The translations under genes were made by a program, and so were the position numbers. A DNA stretch of 62,844 nt, counting the filler, from Diploschistes diacapsis (taxonomy: Eukaryota), in NCBI GenBank assembly GCA_023645945.1. It is 8 parts of 8 records of this genome, joined end to end, with 100 filler letters (N's around TTAATTAATTAA, not from the genome) between each part and the next. Parts side by side here need not be neighbours in the genome. Positions count along the whole stretch, not along the records: positions 24,781 to 49,344 come from JALAIB010000234.1; 7 more parts are not named here. One strand, given 5' to 3'. Positions 25,635 to 40,570 of the stretch are shown piece by piece; position 1 is the stretch's first letter; each line of letters starts with the position of its first letter. The notes beneath the pieces are model-generated. The model was not told the origin of the DNA, did not search any database, and was given only the letters and a program-made list of their open reading frames with translations.

Positions 25635-28600
25635 TTAGAAGCCGAAGGGATTGTCCGGAGCTATCATCAACACGTCAGCTTTGGACTCAAAGCAGAAGCA
25701 AAAGCAGTTTCCAGACTAAACACGAAACATAAAAATAGAGGACACTTACTAGCCTGAGAAAGGTTTGCCCTCCTGCCCGTCGGCTGGGCAGCCAACTTCT
25801 TAGCCTCGCCACCGATACCAAACTTGATATGCGGCGCCGGTCCCGTCTTCTGCGGCTGCAGCGGAGCGAGCATCTGCTGTGGTTGCTGTGGGATGGGTGG
25901 TGGCGAAAACTGCTGTGGGATCTGCGGCACTGGTGGTGGAGCTTGTTGCTGCTGTTGTTGTTGTTGGCCGAACCCGATGCCGTTCATGCCGTTCATGGCG
26001 GTGTTTTGTGGTTGGAGGGGTGGTGAGAGGACGGATTTGATGGATCCCGTGGGCTGGGACTGGAGTGGGTTGTAGAATGGTGGGGAGAATTGGTTTGTAT
26101 TTGGCTGGAAGCCGATGATTGGTGCTTGCAGAGGTTGCTGTTGTGGACCGCGGGGATCGGCAAAGGGGCTGCCTGTTTGCTGGCCCATGAAAAAGGGGCC
26201 TTGTGGGGCGCCGGTCATCTGGGGCTGTAGGCCTTGCTGCATTTGTGGTTGTTGGAGCTGGCCATTGGGTTGCATACCGTATAACTGGTTTGGCTGGAAG
26301 CCGGTGAATTGTGACTGCTGTTGCTGCGGTGGACTCATCTGCTGCTGTAATCGCATTCGTTGTAGGTCGTTCAACGTTTGGGTCGGAGATGTCATCGAGT
26401 TCTGGTTCTGGAAGCCTGTATTGGCGACGCCGGTGAGCTGAGGTTGTAGAGGTGGTGGACCGAAGCTGCTTTGTTGAGAGGCATTCTGTGGAGCAGAAAG
26501 GGGTCTAGCCGGGGGTGGTGGCATGATTGACCCCTGCTGTTGAGGCATTTGCGGTGCCTGAGGCCGTTGTCGCGGCGCTGCATTCATCTGGAACTGTCCA
26601 GTTTGCTGAGGTATCGCTTGAGGTATGGGTTGATTCTGCAGTTGCTGAGGCATCGCTTGAGACATAGACTGATTCTGCATTTGGTGCTGAGCAAAGCCTG
26701 AAGGCTGCTGAGGGAGGCCGGTTGCTTGCTGGTTGAGTTGGCTGAAGAGGGCTGGCGTCGCACCTTGAGGGTTTTGCGCTTGCTGTTGTTGAGGCTGCAT
26801 TTGAATCTGCGGCTGCTGTAACTGTGTTTGGGGAAGCTGAGGTTGAGCGGGTGCAGGGGTAGACGTCTGTGACTGTTGCGGTTGACTCTGGGCTGGTTGC
26901 TGGATAGCCCCAGTATGCGTCACAACGGGCTGTAGTGGCTCATCAAGAAGGGATAGCTCTTTCATGGCCCCTGTAAGAACAGGCTTTGCTGGCGGTGGAG
27001 CGCTAGCCGCTGCGGAAGCTGCAGGACTCGTTGCGGAAGGAGGTTGGGACGGTTGGCTGGTTTGCTTCGTTGGCTTAATGTCCCACGCATCATCATCGAA
27101 TGCGCCAGGCTTCTTGTCTTTCTCTGGAGGCTTGGGAGGCGCCTCTGGAGATTCTGGCCGATCCTTGTCCAGCTCGAACCTGGGTGATTTCTGCCGTAAG
27201 GCCTTGGAATCAACGACATCATTCGTCTGTACAGGCGGCGCCGGTCGCCCTTTACGCGTGTTGTTTTTGAGGGTGCCTCCAGGGCCTGAGAACAGGCCAC
27301 CAGCAGGGGCTGCACCGTCTTCCCTTCCCTGGTCGTCAATCACTTGTTCACCACCAAAGCTGACATTTCGTAGTTTCGATTTATTGCCAGTTCGGCCGTA
27401 CTTATTGTCGAGATACTTCATTACGCGGAGTATGTCGCCTTCCTTGAGCCCTAATTTTCGTAATACTTCAGGTGTGATATCTTCTAGCACGCCTTGGTCC
27501 ATCGAATCTTTATTGAAATTGTAGCTGTACCTCTCGCACTGGTAAGGACTTACACCACATTTCAGGAAAAAATCAAACCAGTCGTATTCCGGTTTCTTAG
27601 GCACATCTTGGAGACGCGCCCCCGGCTTTTCCGATGCCTTGCGATCCTGGGAGCCTGAGTCTTTTTGAGTTCTCCTAATAATTTCGGAGACCGGCTTGTC
27701 ATCGTCCAAAGACACTCCAGCAACCCTTTCGACATACTCGAGATCCTCGACAGCCATCTTCGCAACCGGCACGGCGATCTTGACGCCATTGAGTTTGTGC
27801 AAGTGGATCTTGCCGTCTTTTAGACCGATGAACTGAGCGTCGACTTTGAAAGATCCCGTTCTGTCCGTCCATGTACGAATCTTGCTGATATCCGGCTCTG
27901 TGAAAGTGTTTAGTACTGGCATGAATACGCTAAAGGAGTTAACCTACTTGTCTTTGATGACTTGCCTTCAGATCGACTTTCTCTCTTGCCTCTTTGCGGT
28001 AAAGATGCACTATTATCGGGTTTTCCTACCAAGCTGCTACCCCTGTTAGGTAGCTTCAGCCCAGGTCCTACCTCGGCCGCGGTTCTATCGTCTCTCTCCT
28101 CACGCTCTCGAGAAGCTCGTAGTGCCTCACGGGCGAGTCGCTCCTCTTCTACCCTGTTCTGTTCTACGGTCGATTTGCCAGCATTGATGCCGGACATGCT
28201 CAGGGGTGGAGGAATTACCACCTCGGTCGTGATCTCGACGTAACTGCTTGGTACTACGCCCTCTTTACCGTTCTTTAGCCTCCTGACCTTCCACCACTCT
28301 TCACTGCGTTGGTCATCAAGAACGATAACCTCGTCTCCTTCAGCAACGGTGACTTCATCATCGCCCTGCGCCATAAATTCGTAGAGCATGTGTCCCTTCT
28401 TCTGCCTTTGCCCGGTTCCTGCTGCAATAACCTCTCGCAACCCCTCTGCTCTTGCCATGCCTGCTAGCTCTCCGAGACTGGACACTATCTCTTGCGCGGT
28501 ATCCTTGGCACCTGCATGGAAGTCTATGCTCTTGCTCGGTTTCACCAGCTCCAAGAAGACATGCTTGCCTTCGATAGAATAATGTGTTAGCTTGTCTGCG

Positions 28601-29614
28601 GTCCACTCCTGTTGCGGACCGTCTCGCTTCTTCTCCGGTATGATCATGATCACCCCTGTCGCGAGATTTATACCCAATGTTGTAGGCATCTTTTTCTGCT
28701 TGCCCATGACCGATACCATTTCGTTAACATTGTAAAGATGGTAGCCACCTGCAGAGGGTAGACCTCCGTCTGCATCACTGCGTGACCTGGATATCCGATT
28801 CTCTGGAGGGGAGGAGAGGACTCCAGAACGATCTGGACTTGGTGGCGTTATTTGGGTTGGGGGAGGTGAAGGAAGGCTTGGGGGAGAGGGTTCACGAGCT
28901 AAAGGGTCATCAACTTGCTGTGAGACGGGTCGTTGCGGAAGACTCGGTGGAGGACCTTCATCCTCGGATGGTTCAGGCGTGAACTGAACATGACGTGTTC
29001 TAGCTGGAGCAGAGGTTGCACCAGTGGCTTGCTGATGGATTATGCTTGCAAGATTTGCAGCGGGGGTATGAACAGGGCTTGTTGTGGCAACCTCTTCTAC
29101 CACGGTTTCCTCCTCCTCTTCTTCCACGGCGGGCTGAAGAGGTCTGGCTGGCAACGCTGGAGACGAGTCTTCCTCGACAGCCTCAGAGATTTCTATGTAG
29201 TTGGCGGGAGCAAAGCCGAATTCGCCATTGAACCCGACCAATGTCCAGTCCGGATCCGACGTATCGTACACGGCCAATGACGCGTCTTCCGAAAAGGATA
29301 TCTCTTCATCAGTCTGTCGTGAATAGTCATAAAGAGCTCTGGCTTGATGCAAGGGTCGCGCCTGTAGATGTCCAGATTAGATCCTGCGTTTAGCACCGAG
29401 GAAAGGGGTCCGTTACATCTTCAACGTAGTTGTTCGGTATCAGTCCGAAAGGCTCCCCGCCTTCCTCGTTCTCCGCTCTTTTCTTTGCTTTCCACCAATC
29501 ATCCTCGGTATTCTTCTCGAGAATATAGACAAGCTCGCCTTCTTTGATCGGCAGTTCCCCATCGGCTTGAGGTGAGTAATCATACAGCGCAGTACAAACG
29601 GCAATAAAACCCAT
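25635..29614 (-). CDS. SLA1: Actin cytoskeleton-regulatory / endocytic adaptor Sla1 (4 exons)
   Basis: Three SH3 domains (ALYDY, MLYEF...WWKV), SHD1 (RTWTDRTGSFKVDAQF), SHD2 (YDWFDFFLKCGV), LQPQxTG repeats, C-terminal TPDNPFGF*. Confidence 0.95.
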
Positions 29615-29887
29615 GGTGCCGGCAGACTCAAGACTGCAATAGGAAAAGAAGGTTCAGACGGACCTCAATCGAACCAAAGGTGACCGAACTGCCCATAAGG
29701 CAAGCAGGAGAGTTCAGGAGTAGATTCAACGTGAATGGAATATCTGCAGCTGGAGGTTGTCACTGACGTACCTGGTAGCGTGTCCGAGATGATTGGTCGT
29801 CCAAAACAAGCAGGGAACTCTCCAATTTTGGGGCGCGCCACTGAGTTACAAATATTATAGCTCGGACAAATATTGTACGAGTCCTTA

Positions 29888-29896
29888 ATGAGTCAT
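29888..29896. promoter_or_regulatory. Gcn4/CpcA (AP-1-like) consensus site ATGAGTCAT
   Basis: Perfect 9-mer inside the pseudo-palindrome TAATGAGTCATTA, about 275 bp upstream of the SLA1 ATG. Confidence 0.35.
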
Positions 29897-30149
29897 TAGG
29901 AGGTATTAGTGGCTCTCTACACTAAAGATATGGAACCCCAATACTTCAATCGGCGTTCGAAATCAGTCCTATCTTCGATGGATTCATCAACGGCCTTGAG
30001 GCCTTTGTGTAGGACCTAAATTAACAAATTGCCTCGCTATATGCTCGCTAATGCTATCGTGACCCTCCGAACAGAACCACGACTCGCGATTCGTGTCTTC
30101 ATTTCAAAGTTTGCCATACTCCGCCACTTGGTCTACTTATGTTATCGCG

Positions 30150-31295
30150 TCACTCTTCGTCCATCATCGTGACCGTATCCAGTTCATTTTGTACGAGTCT
30201 CCGGAACTCGGACATTTCGATTCCTGCACCTCGCGTCAGCCGGTAAAGGCTTTTCATCGTTGTACTGATATGTTGTTGGATTGCAACTTCTGCTTGCGAC
30301 TGACTGTGAGCCGAGCGCTCTAACTTGGCAACCGAAGAGGCAGAAGAGGAGGCAGATGAGGATGAAGAGGGTCGGGTGTGGATGAGGTCTTCGAGGGGCT
30401 TTTCTGCAGGCTTTGGCTGTTGGACTTCGGCCAACGTCCTTTGCACGAGCTGATTGACTGAAACCGGCAAAGCGTTGGGCAGCGAGTTGCCATTCAGTGA
30501 CGAATAACCAATCGTCTGGCGATTTGCGGACGGATCGTCGTTGTCCATTTCTGGCTGTACTCCGTCATATCGAGCATAATATTCATCCTCTGCCTGAGCG
30601 TTGCTTTTCCCCGAATACGGTGGTTGGAGGCCCGGCGTGAGCCTTTGCGCAGGCGTTTGTGATTGTGCCTGATCATATTGTGCCCAATAGTCATCGTCAT
30701 TGTTTGCGGTGTTTTCCGTGGCTCTTGCTACCGAATGTTCATGACTCTCCCCAGCTTCAGGTCTCAGTCTGTTCTGCTGAGTATCTGCTCTGAACTTCTC
30801 GTCTGCCTCACTAACGGTATTGTACCAAGGCCTCGATGTATCGTTGGAGGGGTCTCGCAGCGGCTTCAGCTCGCTCACACGCCAGCCATCTTCGCCTCCT
30901 TCTTGGTCTCCCTCACACCAAATAGAGTGAACCTCTAGCCCGACATCGGATAGACGAAGGACGGACTGTAGCGTTTCTTCGTCAAGCTTCCGATATTGTA
31001 TTCGATCTATCTCGCCAAATTCGACCTCCCCCGACACAGGATGGGGCTCGAATGATACTGTTTCGATGATGTTTGGCAGCTCTAAAGCTTCATCTGATTC
31101 CCAGCAGAGAAGTGGAAGCCATGTGGAGTCTGAGGAAACTGTGTCTGATAGAAGCTTCACGCGCTGTCGGAGGATGGGCGATAGCATTGGTAGTAATGCA
31201 GGAGGAGGTCGACGCGAGACAAAGGCAAAGGGTAGGCAGGCGAGGAGGGGCAGCAGAAGAGTGTCTTTGCTCGGGGGCGGAAAGTATGGAGCCAT
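30150..31295 (-). CDS. Uncharacterised fungal protein (single exon, about 381 aa)
   Basis: Long ORF with ordered-looking blocks (LLPLLACLP...PPPALLPMLSPILRQRV; DDDYWAQYD; QHISTTMKSLYRL); ATG at 31295. Confidence 0.85.
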   Translation of the reverse strand: MAPYFPPPSKDTLLLPLLACLPFAFVSRRPPPALLPMLSPILRQRVKLLSDTVSSDSTWLPLLCWESDEALELPNIIETVSFEPHPVSGEVEFGEIDRIQYRKLDEETLQSVLRLSDVGLEVHSIWCEGDQEGGEDGWRVSELKPLRDPSNDTSRPWYNTVSEADEKFRADTQQNRLRPEAGESHEHSVARATENTANNDDDYWAQYDQAQSQTPAQRLTPGLQPPYSGKSNAQAEDEYYARYDGVQPEMDNDDPSANRQTIGYSSLNGNSLPNALPVSVNQLVQRTLAEVQQPKPAEKPLEDLIHTRPSSSSSASSSASSVAKLERSAHSQSQAEVAIQQHISTTMKSLYRLTRGAGIEMSEFRRLVQNELDTVTMMDEE

Positions 31296-32042
31296 CGGTG
31301 TCGAAAGCAAGAGAGAATGTAGAATAAGAATAACGAAGAAGCAATACAGAAGGCGTGAGCCAAGTGCTTGGGAGGCTCTATAAGTAACTTGTCAAAGGAT
31401 CAACTAGAGGGCATCTATATCCATATATGCAAGAAGCTTGGTACACCCATGAGTGAAGTGACATGCGTTGCAAGGCATCCACACCAGTTGTAACCTCTAT
31501 TACTGCACCACCGGCAGGGCTGCACGACTTCCGCTCGCCCGCAGATCAGGAGGGGATGATTTGTTTTTCAAGTCAGTAACTGTATTGTACACGAGAATTG
31601 ATAGAATACCTGGAGTATCACCAAGAAGAAAAGCACTGGGGTATTTTAGCTTTTATAAACGACAGCTCTGTTCAACTCCAACTTCTAACGATAGATTGAA
31701 GTGAAATTGAATGTTTCAAAAAACGGTAACGCAAAACACGGTTGAAGAATGACTGACCGTAGACTACATTAAACCGGGGGAGAGGGAAGAGCGAAAGGCG
31801 TATTTCATCAGTACCCAAAACCAACTTCAGCTCCGCAGAACTAGGGTAAACTAGTAATTATCCCACAATACTCAAAATATGTCGTCATGTCAATTATAGT
31901 ATCGTATACAAACGTGGTTTTAACCCTATCGAATGCATCCCGTTGATGCGATGGACATGGCAGGAATCACGGCGGTCGAGGCAGTAAGAGCTAGGTAGCC
32001 AGGCGTCTCAAAGGCGCCTCGAAGGCGCTTCGAAGCAGCGCC

Positions 32043-33689
32043 ATGGTATCTCGTGAAAGTGAACCGTTATCTTCTCCTCTCATCGAAGATCAGGTCGAAA
32101 GCGATAGGAGATTGAGACTAAAGATTGACTTGCGCTTGTGCTCAATAGCCGGCGTCTTATGCAGTCTGAATCTGCTCGACAGCAGCATCATCTCCAGCGC
32201 GAGCGTGACTTCTATGTTATCAGACCTCGACTTGGATGTCAGCAACAGGTTCTCCATCTCGATATTTATCTTCACAATTGCAAGCGTCAGCTTTCAACTT
32301 CCTAGCACCATTGCGGTTCGTCTGGCTGGTCCGCGAATTTACTTCGCCACGGTCACATTCCTCTTCGGTCTCCTTACGCTATGCACCGCTTTTGTGCGCT
32401 CGTGGGGCGAGATGATTGCATTGAGGGTGCTTCTCGGGATGACCATGTCTGGCATCTACCCGGGTCTCACGCTGCTAATCTCCACCTGGTACACAAGAGA
32501 GGAACAGCAGCTTCGGTTCGCTTTCCTGCAGACAGGGGAGGTCTTTATCCTCGCTACCGGAGGGATTGTGAACTATGGCCTGAACCATCTAGACCGTGCA
32601 AGAGGGCTTCGAGGATGGCAGTGGATGTTTCTCGTGCAGGGACTTATCACTATTGCCTTCGGTATTATCACGTACTGGTGGATGGTTGATTTTCCTGAGC
32701 ACTCTCGCCAGAGCTTCCGTTTCTTGGATAAAGCGGAGAGCGAACGTGCTGTTGCACGTATACAAGCCGATCGTGGTGATGTAGCGGCAGAGCGTTTCAA
32801 GCTTTCGATTATATTGCGTCAATTCCGCGATGTCAAGATCTACGGATTTGCTATCATTTTTTTCCTGCAAAACATCGTGTCAACTGCGCTGTCATACTTT
32901 CTGCCCATCATGTAAGTGGTCCTGGTAGGCGCACTCGTACGAGTAGCTGATGCTTGAAGTCTTCAAGGTGGTATGGGCTTTAGTAGCGACCAGGCGATAC
33001 TCTTGTCCCAGCCAGTAAGGTTTGCAGTGATTTCCAGAGCGTCCATTATTGATATTTCATATAGCCATATTATTATGCTGCCATTCCCGCAATAATATCA
33101 TCTCGAATAGGCGATAGTAAGTTTCACCCGATTATCTCACAGTACAAGCTTGACTACATTTAGAATATCGTCTGCGAGGCCCAATCATCATAATCAACTG
33201 CATTTGTATGATAGTGGGCTTCACCATGCTTGGATTTCCAAGTCAGGTAGCGGTTCGCTACATTGGTGTTTTCCTAGCAACAGGTGCCTACGTCAGTAAC
33301 TGGGCAGCGTTAAGCAGTTACCAAGCCAACAATATCACCGGCCAATGGCACCGTGTAGTGACTGCGGCGACAATAACTGCTTTCAACGGTCTTGGCGGGG
33401 TTGCAGGAAGCTTCATTGTTCGCCAAACCGAGGCACCGCGGTACCTCACCGCCATCTGGGTGTCGATAGGGTATGTTGCACTGGGACCCAGTAGAACTCG
33501 ACTGAACGAAGCAGCTCCCAGATATTGAGCATAGCGATAGTAGCCGCTTTTTCAATATATTTCATTGTTGCGAACCGGCAGCAGAAGCGTGGTAAACGCT
33601 TAATAGAGAGTACAGTTGGTTTTGACATCTCCTTTGAAGGGTATCGCAATGCTAAGATGACTTAGGAGGGCTTCAGGTATACATACTGA
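32043..33689 (+). CDS. MFS transporter, allantoate/nicotinate (anion:cation symporter) family, 6 exons
   Basis: KIDLRL, ISTWYTREEQQLRF, GLRGWQWMFLVQGLIT, ANNITGQ and C-terminal GFRYTY* motifs. Confidence 0.9.
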
Positions 33690-34512
33690 AATTCATCGAA
33701 TTAGTGGATGATCAATGGCTGGCTAGACGATGTCGAAATCTCAGGTTGCAGATTTGAATGACACCAAAACTTGAGGAGGAAGCTGCCGTTTTTTGCAAGT
33801 CAGCAAGTCGTTTTTGAGAGCCTTTAAAGGTTTAAACAGACACAAAAAACCCGAAGAGGCTTTTTTTTTCTCTTTCTCCGTTTCTACCCCTACGGTAATT
33901 GCTTCTAAATATGTCCTTGAAGCTCGCTGTCATTTATATCCGATGTGATATCCTGCTCGACTCCACGACACCAAAAGCAAGGCCACCTTTGCCAGCCTGC
34001 TTAGGCCTACTTCCTGTGCCGTTGGCAATGCGTATCGCTCCCAAATAGCAAGGTCTGGCATGCCGGTCCCATATGGGGTTTTTGACGAGTTGTACCCGCT
34101 TGATATAAACAGATGTAGTGCAGGCGTTGAAAGGATAAGAATATGCTCGGAATCGCAAATTCCTTTTGTCGGTTATCTTGTCTAACATCTATTTTTGATA
34201 CCATATCAGACCCAGCTCAGCCCTATCAGCCCCTGTTCTCGGCGTGGTGGTTTCAGCAAGGGGTGCGAAGGTCTGGGCTTGGCAAAATATATTTTATCTT
34301 CTGGCGTGGCCGCATTGTTGCTCAGTAAACGCCTCCAATCCTTTGACCTTCGTTCCTTTTGATCATGTTATAAGTGATCGGACTCAACTGCCAACTCTAT
34401 AAGCGCAGGTAAGCTTTGAGGTTTGCCAAGAGACCCAATCACCCTAGCCTTGCGCAGAAATAAAGCACTGACCCTTGTTCAAAGCATCACCTCTGCATAA
34501 GACATAGCCACA

Positions 34513-36993
34513 ATGGCGAGTCCAAACAACACCGTCCGTCATAGAGGTGTACAGAACGCAAAGAAGAATCAACAACAGATTGTTGTTGAGACGCAAAAGA
34601 GCAATGACGTACCAGTCAATAAACAGAAGCTTGGAAAGGCTGGAGGATCAGAATGGGACTTCAAACTTGCAGCTGTCATCTTGACTGTGCTCGCTTTCGC
34701 AACGAGATTCTATGGAATCAATCATCCCGATCAGGTCGTTTTCGACGAAGTGCACTTTGGAAAGGTTCGGAACCCCTCGTCATATAAGCGTGAACCACTG
34801 GAAAACCCCTTGTTAATTTGGTGAGCTTCAGGCTAACTTGTCGGTGATACCTATAGTTTGCATCATATTATCTGCAAAGAACATACTTCTTTGATGTGCA
34901 CCCTCCGTTTGGGAAACTGCTGTTTGCCTTCGTGGGCTGGCTGGTCGGTTATGATGGACACTTCCTCTTCGAGAACATTGGGGACTCGTACATTATCAAC
35001 CAAGTCCCATACATTGCCTTCCGAGCGTTGCCTGCCATTCAAGGATCACTGACCGTCTTGGCTGTCTTTTTTACCATGTGGGAATCTGGGTATTCTCTGC
35101 CTGCCTCGATCGTGTCAGCATGCCTCGTTCTCTTCGACAACGCCCATATCGGTCAGACACGTCTGATCCTTCTGGACGCTACCCTCGTCTTCGCCATGTC
35201 CCTCAGTGTTCTGTGCTACGTTCGCTTTTATAAATTGCGGTATGCATCCTTCAGCCGCAAATGGTGGAAATGGCTGCTCCTTACCGGGGTGGCCATGAGC
35301 TGTGTCATTTCCACCAAATACGTTGGAGCCTTTACTTTTGTCTCTATCGGTGCCTGTGTTATCATCGATTTATGGGATCTTCTTGACATCAATCGCAGAC
35401 AAGGAGCTCTGAGTCTCCCGTTATTTGCCAAACACTTTGGAGCTAGGGTCGTCGGCTTCATAATCGTACCCCTATTTTTCTACCTATTTTGGTTCCAAGT
35501 CCACTTCGCGATCCTATACCGCTCGGGTCCTGGCGACGAGTTTATGACTCCAGAGTTCCAGGAAACTCTAAGTGACAACCTCATGGCCATGCAAGCGCTT
35601 CCGATACATTACCACGATGCCATTACTCTGAGGCACAAGGAGACCAAGACATACTTGCATAGTCACCCTGACAAATACCCATTGCGCTACGACGATGGAA
35701 GAGTCTCAAGTCAAGGCCAGCAAGTTACCGGGTACCCGTTCAATGACACTAACAACCAATGGGAGATTCTACCAATGCGACCATTCGCCGATAGTGAAAA
35801 GCTTGGCCACCCTGTCAGGGCTGGCGATATTGTCAAGCTACGCCACATAGCAACGGATATGCTCCTCCTTAGTCACGACGTCGCATCGCCTTACTTTCCG
35901 ACCAACCAAGAATTCACAGCCGTATCGTTGGAACTGGGGAACGGAGATAGGAATAACGACACAATGTTTGAATTGAGAATCGAGCACTCGAAGCCCAAGG
36001 CTCCATTTATGACAATGTCCTCGCATTACAAACTAGTTCACGTCCCGAGCAAAGTTGCTATGTGGACCCACACGACCCCTCTGCCGGATTGGGCATACAA
36101 ACAAGCAGAGATAAACGGCAACAAAAACGTTATGCAGTCCAGCAATATCTGGTATACCGATGATTTACCTGCGCTTCCACTGGACAGCCCTCGTCGTATC
36201 AAGGAACAGAAGAAAGCTAAGACTCTGCCTTTCTTGAGGAAGTATTTTGAACTGCAGCGTGCCATGTTCTACCACAACAATGCTCTAACTAGCAGCCATC
36301 CTTATGCCAGCCATCCAGTTCAATGGCCATTCTTGTTACGAGGCGTCAGTTTCTGGACTCAGGCAGAAACCAGAAGCCAGATCTACTTCCTTGGAAACCC
36401 TGTGGGTTGGTGGATAGCCAGCAGTGTTCTTGCAGTGTTTGTTGGTATCATCGGTGCCGACCAATTATCCCTCCGTCGCGGTGTTGATTCATTAGATGAA
36501 CGTGAGTTTCATCCAGCTGCACCGCAAACAGCTCAGTGCTAAATCTGTCTCAGGTACCCGTAAGAGATTGTACCAGTCAACGGGCTTTTTCTTCCTAACA
36601 TGGATGGCGCATTATCTCCCCTTCTACCTCATGGGCCGTCAGCTATTCTTGCATCACTATCTGCCTTCACATCTCGCCTCCAGCTTAGTGACTGGATCGC
36701 TTCTGGAGTTCATCTTCTTTGCCGAGCCCAACCCGGAAGATTCTAATGCGAAGAAAGTGCTCGAGTCCAAGAACTCTAAGAATCAGACGCCACCCGGAGA
36801 GCCCATCACGGCCGGAACACGTCTTGACAACCAGAACATGATACCTATCTGGGGCGCTTCTGGGTGCATAATTGTACTGGTTATCTTCGGCTGGTACTTC
36901 TTCTCTCCAATCACATATGGGCAACCCGGGCTTGATGTTGCCGGCGTGCTTGCTAGGAAGTGGCTTTCATATGACCTCCACTTTGCTAAATGA
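34513..36993 (+). CDS. PMT4: Dolichyl-phosphate-mannose protein O-mannosyltransferase, PMT4 subfamily (3 coding exons)
   Basis: VVFDEVHFGKFA, FFDVHPPFGKL, MIR region YPLRYDDGRVSSQGQQVTGY, RQLFLHHYLP, end DLHFAK*; probable 5'-UTR intron at 34409-34484. Confidence 0.93.
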
Positions 36994-37344
36994 TTGAAAT
37001 GAGAAAATTAATTACCGCTAGGAGGAGGAGGGGAGGAAGTGAAAAGCCTGCTTGTTTAGCGATGTTCGTTGTTAGGTGCGTCAAGGAGAGGTGGACTGCA
37101 CCATGTAAAACACAAAGCGTTAGGATTAATCGCACACGTGCTTCTTTTTTTTTAACGGTTTCGGAGTTCTTCAAAAGCTGCTATCTGTACAATGTGTAGA
37201 GTTACATTTTTTCTATCACGCCGTTATGCTCGCTTCTGTTGCGGAGATCAGGCCATTGTGCTTGCATCTACTGCTGGTGTATTTCTCCAACAAGCCGCTC
37301 ATCTTCGGCTGTTTCTTATAAACAAGCTGCCACCTTCCAGAACG

Positions 37345-38054
37345 CTAGTGCTTCGCTTCATCCACCGCAGACATTGTAAGATACGCCTCGAGGTCGAACT
37401 TGGGGTCGTTTGGATCCGTAACCACTATCATCGCGAACCAAGCATTAGCACATCTCTAGTTTTCAAACAATGTTATAAACGCAGCCAGAAGATCTCGAAA
37501 CCAGCCCTGGCTTCCCCCTCTTACATAGAGCACATTCCTAGCAAAGGCCCAACGCCTAGACAACCAAACGGCTCTAGCAAGAAGCCCCTCCGATTGATAT
37601 AACCACACCTTCCTCTTTCTCCTCCATTCCCTTCCCCCCAAACAATTCCGCACATTCAAAACATTCCAACAACAAGAACGACAACAACTCACCATTCCCG
37701 TCCTTCCCCACAGCCTGCGGCCTCGTCTTTTTCAGCCACTCGGCCTTGGCCTGCGCGATCATGCTCTCCTCCTTATCGAACTTGCGCTGCGTCTGGTGCG
37801 CCTTCTGCTGCGATGTGAGCGCCGACTGGTGGTACACGCCGTAGAAGATGCCGAGCACGAGGGTGGACCAGCGTAGGACCTGTTGCCCGGGGGAGGAGAG
37901 AGGGTGTTAGTTAGAGAGCTGGGAAGAACAGCGCGCGTTGATGCACGAGGGATGGGGAACGGGAAAGAGGATAATGGTAGGTGGGTGGAGAGGTAAAGGT
38001 AGAGGAGGAGAGTGAAGGGAGTGGGGGCCGTACGTTGACGCCGGAACTGGCCAT
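37345..38054 (-). CDS. TIM11: Mitochondrial ATP synthase subunit e (3 exons)
   Basis: Spliced MASSGVN|VLRWSTLVLGIFYGVYHQ...IAQAKAEW...|VTDPNDPKFDLEAYL; GxxxG membrane motif. Confidence 0.9.
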
Positions 38055-38743
38055 GTCTGATAGGTGTGTCTAGGAGGAGGAAGGGAAGGGAAGGGGGAGC
38101 GAAAACGGATGCGGAAGGGGAGGATGGAATGGAATGGAGGTTGGAGGGCGATTGGAGCTTCTGGATTGAACGGTGGAGCTGTGCGCTGCATGCGCAAGAT
38201 GACTCTAGCGGTTTAGAGGGGTTTGTGGTTGTCAATGATAGGTGGTGGTCGTTGTGGTCATGGAGCTTTAGTTACGGGATGGGCATGCGAGAGCTGTCGT
38301 CCGAAAAATCTATATTCCTGCGTCGGAACAACTGTCCGATAACTGTCTTGGCAAAAAGTTGTGGATTCGCTCAGTGCCAAGAAACGGGCTTGGCATGAAG
38401 CCATTACTTACTGACTTTGAATGAGAAGATCCCCTAATTTAGCCAGATTGGAAGTCGGCCAGAAGAGCATTGACTATCCTGTGTAGGTATTCGTAAGGTT
38501 ATTTGATGTAACTTGTAAGACGACCAAGTCCAATCCAGCCGCATTTATTGCGGACAACAGGCGCGCTCACCTTAGCTTGCTGACTAACACTAACCCTACC
38601 CACAATCATCCAAAAAAGCCCATATCTTCTCAACATTAGATCATCAGCAATCTTCACGATATCCAGCCAAGGTAAGCCTTCTTGCACCATGCATTTGTGA
38701 GACTCAATACTTGTAGTTTTACTGACATCCTTGGCGTCTCTAG

Positions 38744-39779
<1,036 letters not shown>

Positions 39780-40570
39780 GTGGATTGGGGCCATTGGTCT
39801 CTCGAGGTTCTTGGTTCGGGCATTCGGCGAGAGATGCACTGGGCTGGAGTACCATGACTTTCAGGACTGCAATAGCATGAGACTCCCGGCAATAGTGCTG
39901 TTAGCGATATTTCTGTAGGGTCAGTGCAACTACCATCTCCATTGCATAAGTTTCCGAGCCTTTCTTAGTGCAATACATCTTGCTGCTTGGTGGTGACACA
40001 CAAGAGGTTTCTATATATGATCTAAGTCAAGTCCCGAAGCATAGAGTTGTAGATGGGTTGCCCGCCTCGATTGATTTAGCAGCGTTGTCCTCATATAAAT
40101 TTGAATTGGTGAATATTTCTATGCCAATCACCCTACATGCGATCCATGTCAATAAATCAGTTTTAACAGTGGAGATTCCGTGCCAATTGAGTAATTCAAA
40201 GTCTGCTTATGAACGATAAATAAAGGGGCAGAGGATGCGCAATGAGTCTTGTAGGAGACTTAGGTGCTGACTATAGATCTTACCCCATTAGGGAAGGTGT
40301 TTGCAGAGCGCATGAAGGCTTAGATAACCTCACCTAGCCATCTCGTAGTTCTGAGAAACAATAATCCGCCATCGTACTCTCTCACGTACGAGCTGACTTA
40401 CTTAAAAGCGATTGATTCAAGAGCCTTTGACTAATGCTCACGCTCTCCTTGGAGCTGGCGAATAGCACAAAACTATACGCGACAATAGTATTGACCGCCT
40501 GTCTCACAGAAGGTTCTACATAATAGTTTCAGTACCAGCGCGGCTTAACTTGAATTCCTTTCCCTCCAGG

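Noticed and set aside
25824..26441. Cys/Gly-rich ORFs resembling metallothionein or keratin-associated proteins
   Set aside because: Antisense shadows of the Gln/Pro-rich SLA1 tail.
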